A stretch of DNA of 64,000 bases from Trichormus sp. ATA11-4-KO1 (GTDB lineage Bacteria > Cyanobacteriota > Cyanobacteriia > Cyanobacteriales > Nostocaceae): assembly GCA_019358915.1 (NCBI GenBank), contig JAHHIM010000021.1, positions 13,214-77,213 of the forward strand, written 5' to 3'. This document shows, in pieces, positions 42,104 through 52,158 of the stretch. The translations under genes and the position numbers were made by a program. Below the pieces are notes generated by a model that saw only the letters and a list, made by a program, of their open reading frames with translations, did no database searches and was not told the DNA's origin. Each line of letters starts with the position of its first letter. Position 1 is the stretch's first letter.

Positions 42104-44827
42104 TTATAAAACCCATAATTCTGTACCATCTGTCCCGTTGGCGGCAGTGAAGAACAGTTGTGTACCAACGACAGTCAGCTTGTCAGGGTTAGCATTGCCT
42201 GTTCCAGGATTAATGTTGCTAACTCTGCGCGTACCTAAAGCTGTGCCGTCACTGCTCCACACTTCTCTACCGTTGGTAGGCTCAGAAGCCGCAAAGTAGA
42301 GAGTGCCATTGAAATTAACGAGACTAGTGGGAATACTGTTGTTCGGGTCTGCACCTGCCCAAATATCTTTGACTAGAACAGTGCCTGCATCGGTGCCGTC
42401 AGACTTCCATAGTTCTAATCCTGTGCTGCTGTCGCTAGCTGTAAAGTAGAGAGTGTTGCCGACAGCCGTCATATTTATGGGGCCAAAACCAGTGTTGGGC
42501 GCTGCATTCAGGTCATTTTTGACCCGTCCCACACCATTTCCATCTATCTTCCACAGTTCTTCATTAAAGTCATTATTGCTATCTGTAACGAAGTATAGGG
42601 TGTTACCTACGATGGTGAGTTGACTTGGCCCAAAACCGCCCGTACCAGGGGTAATGTCTTGGACAAGACTGGTTCCACCTGTGGTGCCGTCACTCTGCCA
42701 AAGTTCAATTCCGTTAATACCATCATTAGCTGTGAAGTAGAGGGTGTTATCAACCACAGTGAGTTTAACTGGAGCCGAACTCAAACCACCAGAGCGAATA
42801 TCCTTGACTAGGGTTGTTCCGGCTGTGGTACCGTTGCTTGTCCATAGTTCAGTGCCGTTAATGCCATCATTAGCTGTGAAATAAAGCTTGTTGTTAAAGG
42901 CCACGAGGTTATTGGGGTTGGAACCTGTAGCACCAGAGTAGATATCTTTAACCGGACTAACTGTTGTACCGTCGTAAACCCACAATTCCTTGCCACTAAT
43001 ACCGTTATCAGCAGTAAAGAAGACTTGGCTGCCAACAACAGTTAAGTTACTGGGGTTAGAACTAGCACCAGCATTGATGTTGCTGACCATCGTGGCTGTC
43101 ATGCCATCGTAAGTCCATAGTTCCCTACCGTTGACACCATCATCAGCAGTAAAGAGCAAGTTGCTACCAAAGACGGTGAGATTTTCTGGGTTAAAATTGC
43201 CAGGATTAATGTTGGTGATAGAAGTTGCTGAGGTGCCGTCACTCTGCCATAGTTGCCTGCCATTGACACTGTCATCGGCAGTAAAGTACAACGTGCTTCC
43301 TAGCGTTGTCAGATGATTTGGGTTAGAACTACCCGCACCTGGGGAGATTTCTAACATCTCAATTAGAGCTTCGGCAGATAAACTTAAGTTGTAAAAAGTT
43401 TCAGCAGAGCCAATAGGATTGATGCGAACGAAATAAGTGCCTGCTAGTAAGGTGGTGTTGATATTTTCGTCGGCATTACCTGCTAGGGTGGAACTCTGAA
43501 TTAACCCACCGCTACTATTAAGCAATTCCACATCGGCATTGCCAGATAAACCACTCAGGTTGAGGTCGAAAATACTTCTGTGAGCTAAATCAAATTGGTA
43601 ATAATCATTTGTATCGATACTGCCGACAAAATCGCTAAAGTTCTGAGAACCAATCAGCGTACCAATATTGTTAGCAGATCCTCTGGAATTAGGGGCTATG
43701 TCAGGGGCAATGGGAGTAGCAGAAACACTTAAATCGTAGTTAGTTGCTGCACCAGAAACGGGGAACACTCGAATATAGTATGTACCTGCATTTAAGCTAC
43801 GTCTGATAGTATCTGGATCAATACCAGTTTGACTAGAACTGACTATTGTCGTACCAGCACTGTTGAGTAATCGGACATCAGCATTTGCGGTGTCTGGTGT
43901 TAATGTCAGGTCAATGAGAGCGCTAGATGCTAAATCAAAGCGGTAATAATCGTTAGTGTCGAGACTATTAACAAAGTCTGTGAAAATTGAAGGAGTGGAG
44001 CTTAAAGTATTGATATCACGGGCTGTAGCCAGTGTGTTGCCGGCAAAGTCTTCTGGGTCGGCGGTGAAGGCAAGATTTAGTCCGTAGTTAGTGGCACCTA
44101 TCCCACCAGGAAACACCCGCACATAATATGTACCACTAGTAAGACTTTGACTGATGGACTCAGAATTAGTATCTGGTTGGGTAGAAGCGGCAATCTTTGT
44201 ACCACCGCTATTGAGCAATTCTACATTGGCATTGCCTCCTAGACCATCCAGGGTTAAGTTAAATGTCCCGTTATTAGCTAAGTCAAATCTGTAGTAGTCA
44301 TTGTCGTCAAGGACAACACCCCGGTTACCAACATAATCAGTGGTAGTATAGCTGCTGAGTGTGCCAATGTCTAATGCTGCTCCCAGCGTATTCCCTGAAC
44401 CGTTATCTGTAGGAATTTCGTTAGCTACAAGGTTCAGGTTATAAGCTGTGCTTTCACTATTTACTGAACCAACACGCACATAGTAAATGCCTGGATTTAA
44501 ACTGTGAGTTAGTAATTCCGGTGATGTACCACTGGCATTAACAGTTTGAAGAGTATTACTTTCGTCATATAGTATTAAACTGGCATTACCATCTAGTTCG
44601 CCACCACCAAGTCCATTCAATCTCAGTGATATAACACTGGCGGGGTCACTGCTGCTAGCACCAATCCGAAATTTGTAAAAGTCGCTAGGATCAGAACCAC
44701 CAGTAACGGAGTCTTGAAAAATATGAGAAGAACTGGTGAGAGGACCGCCAATATATGTTGCAGAGGTTGTATCTAAAGCTGTACTTCTATTACTTCCTGG
44801 ATCTGGAAATCCTGAAAAAGTCGTCAT
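42104..44827 (-). CDS. PPC-domain plus ELWxxDGT-repeat surface protein (putative adhesin)
   Basis: Four D.NDYY.F.L...GTYY.RV pre-peptidase C-type repeats, then many LYFTA.DG..G.ELW.SDGT repeats. Confidence 0.85.
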   Translation of the reverse strand: MTTFSGFPDPGSNRSTALDTTSATYIGGPLTSSSHIFQDSVTGGSDPSDFYKFRIGASSSDPASVISLRLNGLGGGELDGNASLILYDESNTLQTVNASGTSPELLTHSLNPGIYYVRVGSVNSESTAYNLNLVANEIPTDNGSGNTLGAALDIGTLSSYTTTDYVGNRGVVLDDNDYYRFDLANNGTFNLTLDGLGGNANVELLNSGGTKIAASTQPDTNSESISQSLTSGTYYVRVFPGGIGATNYGLNLAFTADPEDFAGNTLATARDINTLSSTPSIFTDFVNSLDTNDYYRFDLASSALIDLTLTPDTANADVRLLNSAGTTIVSSSQTGIDPDTIRRSLNAGTYYIRVFPVSGAATNYDLSVSATPIAPDIAPNSRGSANNIGTLIGSQNFSDFVGSIDTNDYYQFDLAHRSIFDLNLSGLSGNADVELLNSSGGLIQSSTLAGNADENINTTLLAGTYFVRINPIGSAETFYNLSLSAEALIEMLEISPGAGSSNPNHLTTLGSTLYFTADDSVNGRQLWQSDGTSATSITNINPGNFNPENLTVFGSNLLFTADDGVNGRELWTYDGMTATMVSNINAGASSNPSNLTVVGSQVFFTADNGISGKELWVYDGTTVSPVKDIYSGATGSNPNNLVAFNNKLYFTANDGINGTELWTSNGTTAGTTLVKDIRSGGLSSAPVKLTVVDNTLYFTANDGINGIELWQSDGTTGGTSLVQDITPGTGGFGPSQLTIVGNTLYFVTDSNNDFNEELWKIDGNGVGRVKNDLNAAPNTGFGPINMTAVGNTLYFTASDSSTGLELWKSDGTDAGTVLVKDIWAGADPNNSIPTSLVNFNGTLYFAASEPTNGREVWSSDGTALGTRRVSNINPGTGNANPDKLTVVGTQLFFTAANGTDGTELWVL

Positions 44828-45640
44828 AATTTTTCTCTAAAATTTCGGCGATTATGGTGACTGCAAGTTACTGATGGCGCGGCTTGATACATTAATTCAA
44901 ACCAAATTTATAGATTGTTAATAAACGTTATTTTTGAAAAATAATGGCTTATCTGTAAATACACAATCTGATAGGGAAGGTGATTTTGATTTTCGTAATT
45001 TAAATGATTGTCTAAGACTGGGTAAATGCCAAGTTTTTAAATTACAAATTCTAGCAAGGGACTAGAAATGTTTAGTAAAGTAAAAATCAGATGATTAATC
45101 GGACTTTGTTATTTTTTATTGTTGAGATGAAACATGATGGATTGGTTGATAATTTCACAGCAAAACCTTTCCATTTTTAATTAGAGATTAAACTTGTCTG
45201 GATTTCATATTGTTTAGGGTCTCTCCATCAACCTTTACTGCAAATTGAATTTAACTCCTATAGAAAATGGGTTGCCTCCGTGAAAATACTTAAAAATCAA
45301 ATATTAAGTAATTGAATGATTAAGTAAATATATAAAAAACGTGAGAATAAAGATATGCTGTATATTGCCAGATTCCGCTCAGGAAGATGGTTAGAGCAAT
45401 TTGTCATCAAAGATGATATCTGAGATATGGGAGGATGAGTAACGTAAAGTTTCTACAAATAGACTTGCTATTTGATTTGCGATCGCTTTACATGCTTTCA
45501 TATAGCAATCTACTTTCTCTAACCTCGCTCTCGCTTTGTGGGGATGGGGAGTAGGTTATTAGAGAGCGATCGCCCTAAAATATTGTATTGATGGGATGAA
45601 ATGTTTGCCTGAGAAATATACAATTTTTTCAGGAAAACAG

Positions 45641-45835
45641 TTAACTAAGCAACTCATCCCGATTCAAGCCAAAATGGTCAGCAACATCTCGTAATATAGC
45701 ACTCAGCGTACCAACCTTGAGTGGGTTATAGGCGGGAACTGTAATATGACTTCCTGTTTGCCTATCCACCACATACCCGAAGCAAGCTAAGGCTTTAGCC
45801 AAATCCTCACCCGATAAATCTCGTGGTAATTTCAC
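45641..45835 (-). CDS. hicA: HicA-family toxin, apparently internally deleted
   Basis: LSGEDLAKAL..FGY...RQTGSH directly followed by ITVP...LKVGTLSAIL; the usual intervening beta-hairpin is absent. Confidence 0.75.
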   Translation of the reverse strand: MKLPRDLSGEDLAKALACFGYVVDRQTGSHITVPAYNPLKVGTLSAILRDVADHFGLNRDELLS

Positions 45836-46053
45836 GAAGCAATCACCTCATCTCGGACAATGTGCAGCCTAATCACTTTTGGTCGGTCTGCTTCATCAGG
45901 AAAATGACAGCGCACTGCATCACGTAAAATTTCTTTCAAGCTAGCAATATCATCAGCTTGCGTAAAAATCGATTCCCCCAAAGCTTTTGCTGTGTAACCA
46001 CCCTCTGGGTCTTCTTCGATTAAAAATACAATTTCCGTCCCTATATTGTTCAC
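45832..46053 (-). CDS. HicB-like antitoxin
   Basis: IVFLIEEDPEGGYTAKALGESIFTQAD...L...DAV.CHF; 4-bp overlap with the HicA gene. Confidence 0.8.
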   Translation of the reverse strand: MNNIGTEIVFLIEEDPEGGYTAKALGESIFTQADDIASLKEILRDAVRCHFPDEADRPKVIRLHIVRDEVIAS

Positions 46054-46138
46054 TATTTCTTAACTGTCATCAACTTATTTACTCAACCATAATTTAACAT
46101 TCAAAAAGAATAACATCAGATTTTTGCTGCATTGCCAA

Positions 46139-47584
46139 ATGTTCCAAGCTACTCGCCGCCGTCTTGCTATCTGGTACACTGCCGTCACGGCTGTCTTACT
46201 TCTACTATTTGCCAGTGGTGTATATTTATATGTGCGCAGTACCTTAATTGAACGTGTCGATGATACCCTCAACCATGTAGTGGAAATTGTTGAGCGATCG
46301 CTTGTGATTGAGCCAGTCAATACGGATGCTGAACAATTTCGCATTAATGTAGAAGCTAGTTTTCGTGATAATGCCGAAACTGTAGAAGATGACCACATCG
46401 ACTTAGAATGGTTTAGTCCCACAGGCGAATTACTCTGGTCAACTCTATCCGAACCCCTCAATATTCCCATTCATGGTAATCATCTCGGTGAAACTGTCCG
46501 TGTAGTTAAAGAAGCAAAGCCTGATGATCAGGAAATTCAAAACTCAGCATTCAGGAAGGAAGCCTCAGCACTTTTATTGCGCCAAGTGACGCAGCGTGTA
46601 GAAGTGGGACGACAAGTATTAGGATATCTGCGCGTTAGTCACCCCTGGTTTGAAGTTACTAAACCTAGTCGCCAGTTAATTATTGATTTGGCATTGGGTA
46701 CTTGGTTTATGGTGCTTTCTGTAGCAGCAAGTGGCTGGTTTCTTTCGGGTAAAGCTATGGAACCAGTGGGTGAATCTTACCAACGTCTCAAACAATTTAC
46801 AGCTGATGCTTCTCACGAACTCAGAAGTCCCATTACTTTGATTCAAACTAATGTGCAAGTTGCCCTTGCTGATTTGGAGTTAGCAGAGACAGAAACTACT
46901 ACTTATTTGAACTATCGCCAACAATTAAAAGTGGTGGAACGGCTAACGCAGCGCTTGGGTAAGTTAGTCAATGATTTATTATTCTTAGCACGACAGGATA
47001 GTGGTATTAGCAAAGATGTTTTTTCACCTTGTCCCCTAGATGCTTTGCTGATGGAAGTGGTAGAAGAACAACAACTATTGGCTGTTGAAAAAGAAATTAC
47101 TTTAACTCTGGACTTGGTTGATCCTAGCACCTCGGAAACTAGCCCAGAATTACTAGAAAATTGGTTCACACTGATAGGCAAATGGGATCAACTCGTGCGA
47201 CTGTTTATAAATTTGATTGGTAACGCCTTGCAATATACCCCACCAGGTGGACGAGTGAATGTAGAATTGGCGCGTTTAGAGGGAAGCAACCGCGTATCTA
47301 AAATTCGTTATAGCACTGCCCAGTTGCAAATTAAGGTGAGTGATACCGGGATTGGTATTCCAGCAGAAGCCTTACCACGCTTATTTGACCGCTTTTATCG
47401 GGTAGATCCGGCGCGTACCCATAAAACTAGGAATACAGCTACCGAAAGTACTACAGGTTCAGGATTAGGACTAGCGATCGCTTTAGCTATTGTCGAACAT
47501 CATCAAGGTCAAATTCAAGTTGAAAGCAATCTTGGCAGAGGTACTACTTTTACTGTCACTTTACCAATAACTCTTGAGTCTTAA
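46139..47584 (+). CDS. two-component sensor histidine kinase (possibly ManS-like)
   Basis: Two TMs, FTADASHELRSP H-box, NLIGNA, DTGIGI, FYRVD, GSGLGL. Confidence 0.92.
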   Translation: MFQATRRRLAIWYTAVTAVLLLLFASGVYLYVRSTLIERVDDTLNHVVEIVERSLVIEPVNTDAEQFRINVEASFRDNAETVEDDHIDLEWFSPTGELLWSTLSEPLNIPIHGNHLGETVRVVKEAKPDDQEIQNSAFRKEASALLLRQVTQRVEVGRQVLGYLRVSHPWFEVTKPSRQLIIDLALGTWFMVLSVAASGWFLSGKAMEPVGESYQRLKQFTADASHELRSPITLIQTNVQVALADLELAETETTTYLNYRQQLKVVERLTQRLGKLVNDLLFLARQDSGISKDVFSPCPLDALLMEVVEEQQLLAVEKEITLTLDLVDPSTSETSPELLENWFTLIGKWDQLVRLFINLIGNALQYTPPGGRVNVELARLEGSNRVSKIRYSTAQLQIKVSDTGIGIPAEALPRLFDRFYRVDPARTHKTRNTATESTTGSGLGLAIALAIVEHHQGQIQVESNLGRGTTFTVTLPITLES

Positions 47585-47901
47585 ATCTGCAATCAACATT
47601 TGTTTCCTGTGATAGATGAAAAAGTACAACTTTATATACTAAATTTAGATCACAAAGCTGGCAATTGCCACATGCTGCCTCAGGCACGCTACTCAAACAA
47701 ACTAGAAGTTTAGGACTACATTAATCATAAACAAAGTCCGCGCAGATAAACTTAATGTAACCTGTGAAAGCAGGTTTAGTCTGCATAGTATTTCTGTTAT
47801 TGGGTTAATATTGCCCATTCTCATACATTGTTGAGTAGTTGTATTAACTGCTGGCTTTAGCATAGCTAAATACTGACATTACGAAATTTTTGGAGGATTA
47901 G

Positions 47902-48768
47902 ATGCCAATTAGCATTAGAAAAGATGTTGCTTACCTTTTACTCAAAAAGATTAATGATACTGGGCAAGGAATGCACGAAGTTAGGTTTAATGAAGCTGAT
48001 TTAGCAGGTCGAGAATTAACACCAGCCGAATTTTTAGGCCATTTAGATTATTTGAATCAACAGGATTATATTAATGCCGAGTTTACAGGCAATGCTTACG
48101 CAAACCAGAACGATGTGCCTGATTTCATTAATCCACAAGAATTTGACATGAGAATTGCCAATACTTATGGTGCAGAAGATGGGCTTCTACCACATTTGAT
48201 TACCTTTAAAAAGGCAGAATTGACGGAAAAAGGTCAAAAAATGCTAGAAAAATTGGAGGAGAATCCACCTGAAGCTTTAAAAGCAGGATCATCAGTTCCT
48301 ATCGCTACGAAAGATATGCCCTTTTTAGAGAAAGTCATGGTGAAAAGTGGCTTGGCTGATATCTTTGATGCTAGAGATATCACAGTAGTAGTGTACCGGG
48401 TGATGCGTGACCTGATGACTACGGAGGCTGCTGACAGAGTTGAAAGTGAACTGCATAAACCTGCTGAAGTTACTGATAATAAATCACTGCAACTGGAAAT
48501 TGCCCAATTGTGGCATGATACAAATCCGATTGTGGGATTTTTGAGTCGGGTACGTCCACCTTGGCAGGGTCCTGGTATCTTTAAAATTGATAGCGATCGC
48601 TTTCTATTTAGAGTGGCAAATGAAGGCGGAATGCCATCAAATGTAAACCGTGAACAGGTTGTTAAAGCAGTATTTTCTGCTACTAAAGATGAATTATCAT
48701 CAGAACGAATTCAAGAGATTGCCAGCTGGTTACCGGATCAGGTTCGCCAACTTTGGAAAGAGGCTTAA
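47902..48768 (+). CDS. DUF2267 domain protein with an extra N-terminal domain
   Basis: GGAGG RBS; C-terminal FLEKV...DARDIT.VVYRVMRDL...FL.RVA.E...VKAVFSATKDEL...I...LP..VR.LW. Confidence 0.78.
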   Translation: MPISIRKDVAYLLLKKINDTGQGMHEVRFNEADLAGRELTPAEFLGHLDYLNQQDYINAEFTGNAYANQNDVPDFINPQEFDMRIANTYGAEDGLLPHLITFKKAELTEKGQKMLEKLEENPPEALKAGSSVPIATKDMPFLEKVMVKSGLADIFDARDITVVVYRVMRDLMTTEAADRVESELHKPAEVTDNKSLQLEIAQLWHDTNPIVGFLSRVRPPWQGPGIFKIDSDRFLFRVANEGGMPSNVNREQVVKAVFSATKDELSSERIQEIASWLPDQVRQLWKEA

Positions 48769-49261
48769 AGCTAGTAAATAATTGTAGCTAATGAGGATGA
48801 GTTATTATTTACAATAACTCATAAATAAAAATCTCACCGACTTCTTGTAAACACTCGTAGGGTGGCTGAGTGAATGCTAGAAGTCGGGGATCTAAGCCTT
48901 TTGCTACAAATCAAAGAGGATGGCTATAGCCAAACATGCTCTAATGTTATTAGACATATTTTAGACATATCAAATTTTAGAATATATACTGATTACTTTT
49001 TATAATTTTGACTAATTAATTTACCGATTATTTAAATATCTCATCCTGGAGAAGGAAATATTTATTTCATTTTAAATCCTATAGTTAGATATGAAAAATC
49101 AAATTAATAGCTAGATTAAAAATACTCAATAAATTGAGATATTAAGACAAAATATATTCAATTCAAATAATAACGTAATTTTTGGCGATTTACTGACTTA
49201 ATTGAAATTAATTGAGAAGTTATTAAGGCAATAAAAGACGACATTATTTAGGAGAAAATGA

Positions 49262-50086
49262 ATGAATAGCCAAACTCGCAAAATTTGCAAATATCTTGGG
49301 TTATTTGGTGCTATTAGCGGCGGATTACTAATTAGTACACCAGCAATTTCTCAAACGTCAAGAGCACCACAACCTACTTCCCAGGTTAACCCTTGCCCTA
49401 GTATTTACTACGAAGAACCACACAATAATCGGGTTGTAGTACCCCAGGGATGTCCTCCCAATGCGCTTACCAGACAACTAGAGATTCAAGGACTTCTTCC
49501 TACTCCTACTGTTCCTGCTACACCAACACCTGATCAGAGGCTGGGTATTGGTGGTGAAGCACCTGGTTCTGGCACTCCTGGACTCAATCCTTGCCCTCGT
49601 ATTTATTACGAAGAACCTTTCAACACTAGAAATGTAGTGCCTCAAGGATGTCCACCGAATGCTATTACCCAACAACTACAAGCACAAGGAATTCCTCCTA
49701 CTCAAGCTGCGCCAGCACGTCCACCAGTTACCGGGATTCAACCACCTCTACCAGAACAACAACAAGCACCTAGCACTAAAATTGCTTTAGCTAATGGTAG
49801 AGTGAACGTCAGACTGGTCAATGAAACTGGAGCTAATATAACTTATGAAGTGATTGGTGATACACCACCGCGATCGCTCAAAGGTCAGTCAGATGAAATG
49901 CTGCAAGGTTTAAGTGCGCCAGTAACAATGACATTCTTTCGTGAAGATGGCGGCTTGCTGCAAGTAACTTCCCAGCCTGCTGCGGAACCAGGAATGTTAG
50001 AGGTCAGGTTGGATGAAACAACTGATGTAGGTCAGGATAAAAATACAGTGCGGATTCAAGATGACGGTACAGTATTTTTGAATTAA
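49262..50086 (+). CDS. secreted hypothetical protein with two Cys-containing repeats
   Basis: AGGAG RBS, signal peptide, NPCP.IYYEEP.N...VVPQGCPPNA.T twice, beta-rich C-terminal domain. Confidence 0.82.
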   Translation: MNSQTRKICKYLGLFGAISGGLLISTPAISQTSRAPQPTSQVNPCPSIYYEEPHNNRVVVPQGCPPNALTRQLEIQGLLPTPTVPATPTPDQRLGIGGEAPGSGTPGLNPCPRIYYEEPFNTRNVVPQGCPPNAITQQLQAQGIPPTQAAPARPPVTGIQPPLPEQQQAPSTKIALANGRVNVRLVNETGANITYEVIGDTPPRSLKGQSDEMLQGLSAPVTMTFFREDGGLLQVTSQPAAEPGMLEVRLDETTDVGQDKNTVRIQDDGTVFLN

Positions 50087-50124
50087 TGTAAAAAAATTAC
50101 TCCAACCTCTTCTCCCAAGTTAAG

Positions 50125-50215
50125 GCTAGGGTGTACACATAAGTCGGAAAACCTGATGCACATTGGCTGGAATCTGGTAGGGTACGTTATGGAGATTAGT
50201 CTATAACGCACCGAC
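50125..50215. repeat. isolated MITE end plus GTAG-type palindrome
   Basis: GCTAGGGTGTACACATAAGT (50125-50144) matches the TIR at 102-121; GGTACGTTAT...ATAACGCACC hairpin follows. Confidence 0.55.
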
Positions 50216-50225
50216 GGATGAAGAA

Positions 50226-51260
50226 TTACCGCTTCAGCATTTGAGTTAGTCTATCAATCAATAGCACTTCCTGCTTACTATCTGCGAGTGTTCGTGCCAG
50301 TATAATGGCTCTTTCATAAAAATTACGGGCAGTTGGGTAATTACCTAACTGTTCATAAAGTTGAGCATAAGACTCAAACGACTTTAACTCTTCTCGGAGA
50401 TTTTGTAATTCTTGTGCAAGTATTAAGCGCTGTTCCAGTAGATCAAAAGCACGTTGATAACGTCCTACTGTACTGTGCGCTGTAACTAAACCGTCAATTG
50501 CTCGTAATTGATTATGGCGATCGCGGTTAGTTTTAGCCATTCGCATAGCTGCCCCATAACTACCAATTGTATCTGGATAATTGCCCGCAGCTAAATAGGC
50601 ATCACCCAAATTATTGAGGGTATTGGCCTCACCCAGGACATTACCAGTTTGACGGCGGAAACTTAAAGCAGTTTCATAAAGTTTAATTGCCTTGTTGTAA
50701 TCTCCCAGCCTAGCAGCTACCAAACCCAAATTACTCAAAGATAATCCTTCACCTTCAATATTTTTCACATGACGAGCAATTGTGAGTGCTTCTGCCACAG
50801 TTTGGCCTGCGGCTGAGGCTTCACCTTGTTGTAGTAGCAAGGTGCTAATATTATTTAACGCAAAAATTTGAGATGCAAAGTCTTTCGTATCACGAGCGAT
50901 CGCTAACCTTCGACGTAAGGCATTTTCCCCTTCTTTGAAGCGATTTAGCTGGATATAAGCTTTCGCCATCAAATCATAAGTCAAACCTTGGGCTTTGAGA
51001 TCGCCAATTGAATGATAAATCTCTAGCGCCTCCAGACAAGAATCAACTGCTTTATCAGCAAATCCTGCGGCATATTGTTGTTCACCAATACGCAGCAATG
51101 TGTCTGCTTCTTCTCTAGATTGCCGCCAACTCGAATTACTTAAAGGGCGGTGCAGTTGTTGTGTAATATCAGCAGCAGGTGCCACTGTAGGATTTAGTAG
51201 AACAATAAAAAGTAAAACGTAACACCCAGGTAATAAATGCCGTGGTTTCATAAAATTCAC
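50226..51260 (-). CDS. tetratricopeptide repeat protein (secreted)
   Basis: Signal peptide; repeats such as EGLSLSNLGLVAARLGDYNKAIKLYE and EANTLNNLGDAY. Confidence 0.9.
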   Translation of the reverse strand: MNFMKPRHLLPGCYVLLFIVLLNPTVAPAADITQQLHRPLSNSSWRQSREEADTLLRIGEQQYAAGFADKAVDSCLEALEIYHSIGDLKAQGLTYDLMAKAYIQLNRFKEGENALRRRLAIARDTKDFASQIFALNNISTLLLQQGEASAAGQTVAEALTIARHVKNIEGEGLSLSNLGLVAARLGDYNKAIKLYETALSFRRQTGNVLGEANTLNNLGDAYLAAGNYPDTIGSYGAAMRMAKTNRDRHNQLRAIDGLVTAHSTVGRYQRAFDLLEQRLILAQELQNLREELKSFESYAQLYEQLGNYPTARNFYERAIILARTLADSKQEVLLIDRLTQMLKR

Positions 51261-51352
51261 CGGTGAAATTTCGGCTTTAAAGTGTAGAAGGTTGAAGAAA
51301 AAGTTTTATTTTCTGAAAACTAATACCAAGAAATTACGTATTATTACTTGGT

Positions 51353-51982
51353 TTAAATTTGATTAAAATCTTCTCCCAAGTAGATAGAGCGGATGTCTGC
51401 TGGTAATTTGTCCTCTAGCATACGATAGCCTTCTTGGAGAAAATTGGCTACTTCAAGAGGCGAAATTTTTTCTCCTTCAGCTTGTAGGTAAGCAGCAATT
51501 CTAGTTTCACTCCAGTGAAAAGTTTGAGACATTAAAACCATCAATCGCAAAATTGGTGGTAGTTGATCTAATGCCTGTTCGACATAGCACCATAGCGGCG
51601 GCGAAGTTGCCTGAAGAGAATAATGAATTGCTTCTGTTGGGGGTAATTTAATCTCGTTGATACAGAAAGCAGTGATATTAATTAGCCAATTTTGCAAAGT
51701 TAAAGCTTCTGGGGTGGATTGGGGATCAGCTAAATTGAGTCCACCGAGTTCATAATAGATGTGCCGCCAAGTTAAGGCAAACAAATAATCTGCTTGCACA
51801 GGCGATCGCGCTGAATGCTGAATCAAGGTGTAGACTATGGGACTATAGCGGCAAAAAATCACTGTAAAGTACTTACCAGCATCTGGATAGCTCTGAAACA
51901 AATTCAGCAGTTCTTGGTCACTATGATGAAACAGCGACTTTACTAGCGGGTGATTAGCTTCGGGAAAATGGGGAATTTGCAT
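51353..51982 (-). CDS. sigma-70 (ECF-like) family protein
   Basis: SDQELL...IFCRYSPIVY region-2-like segment; ALDQLPP..RL...HWSE..IA..L region-4-like segment. Confidence 0.7.
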   Translation of the reverse strand: MQIPHFPEANHPLVKSLFHHSDQELLNLFQSYPDAGKYFTVIFCRYSPIVYTLIQHSARSPVQADYLFALTWRHIYYELGGLNLADPQSTPEALTLQNWLINITAFCINEIKLPPTEAIHYSLQATSPPLWCYVEQALDQLPPILRLMVLMSQTFHWSETRIAAYLQAEGEKISPLEVANFLQEGYRMLEDKLPADIRSIYLGEDFNQI

Positions 51983-52158
51983 AGGCTTGGGGGTGGATAG
52001 TAGTTAAAATAGGATTTGTCATGACAATTTTGGCATTAGTCTATTGCGTTGCTAAGACTCAGACTACTTTAGTATTGATAAACTAAGAGCAAGGACTTAA
52101 ATTTAGTTCTTATCGACAATCATAAAAGCGGCTCCCTTATATAATCTTTGGTTTGTTC

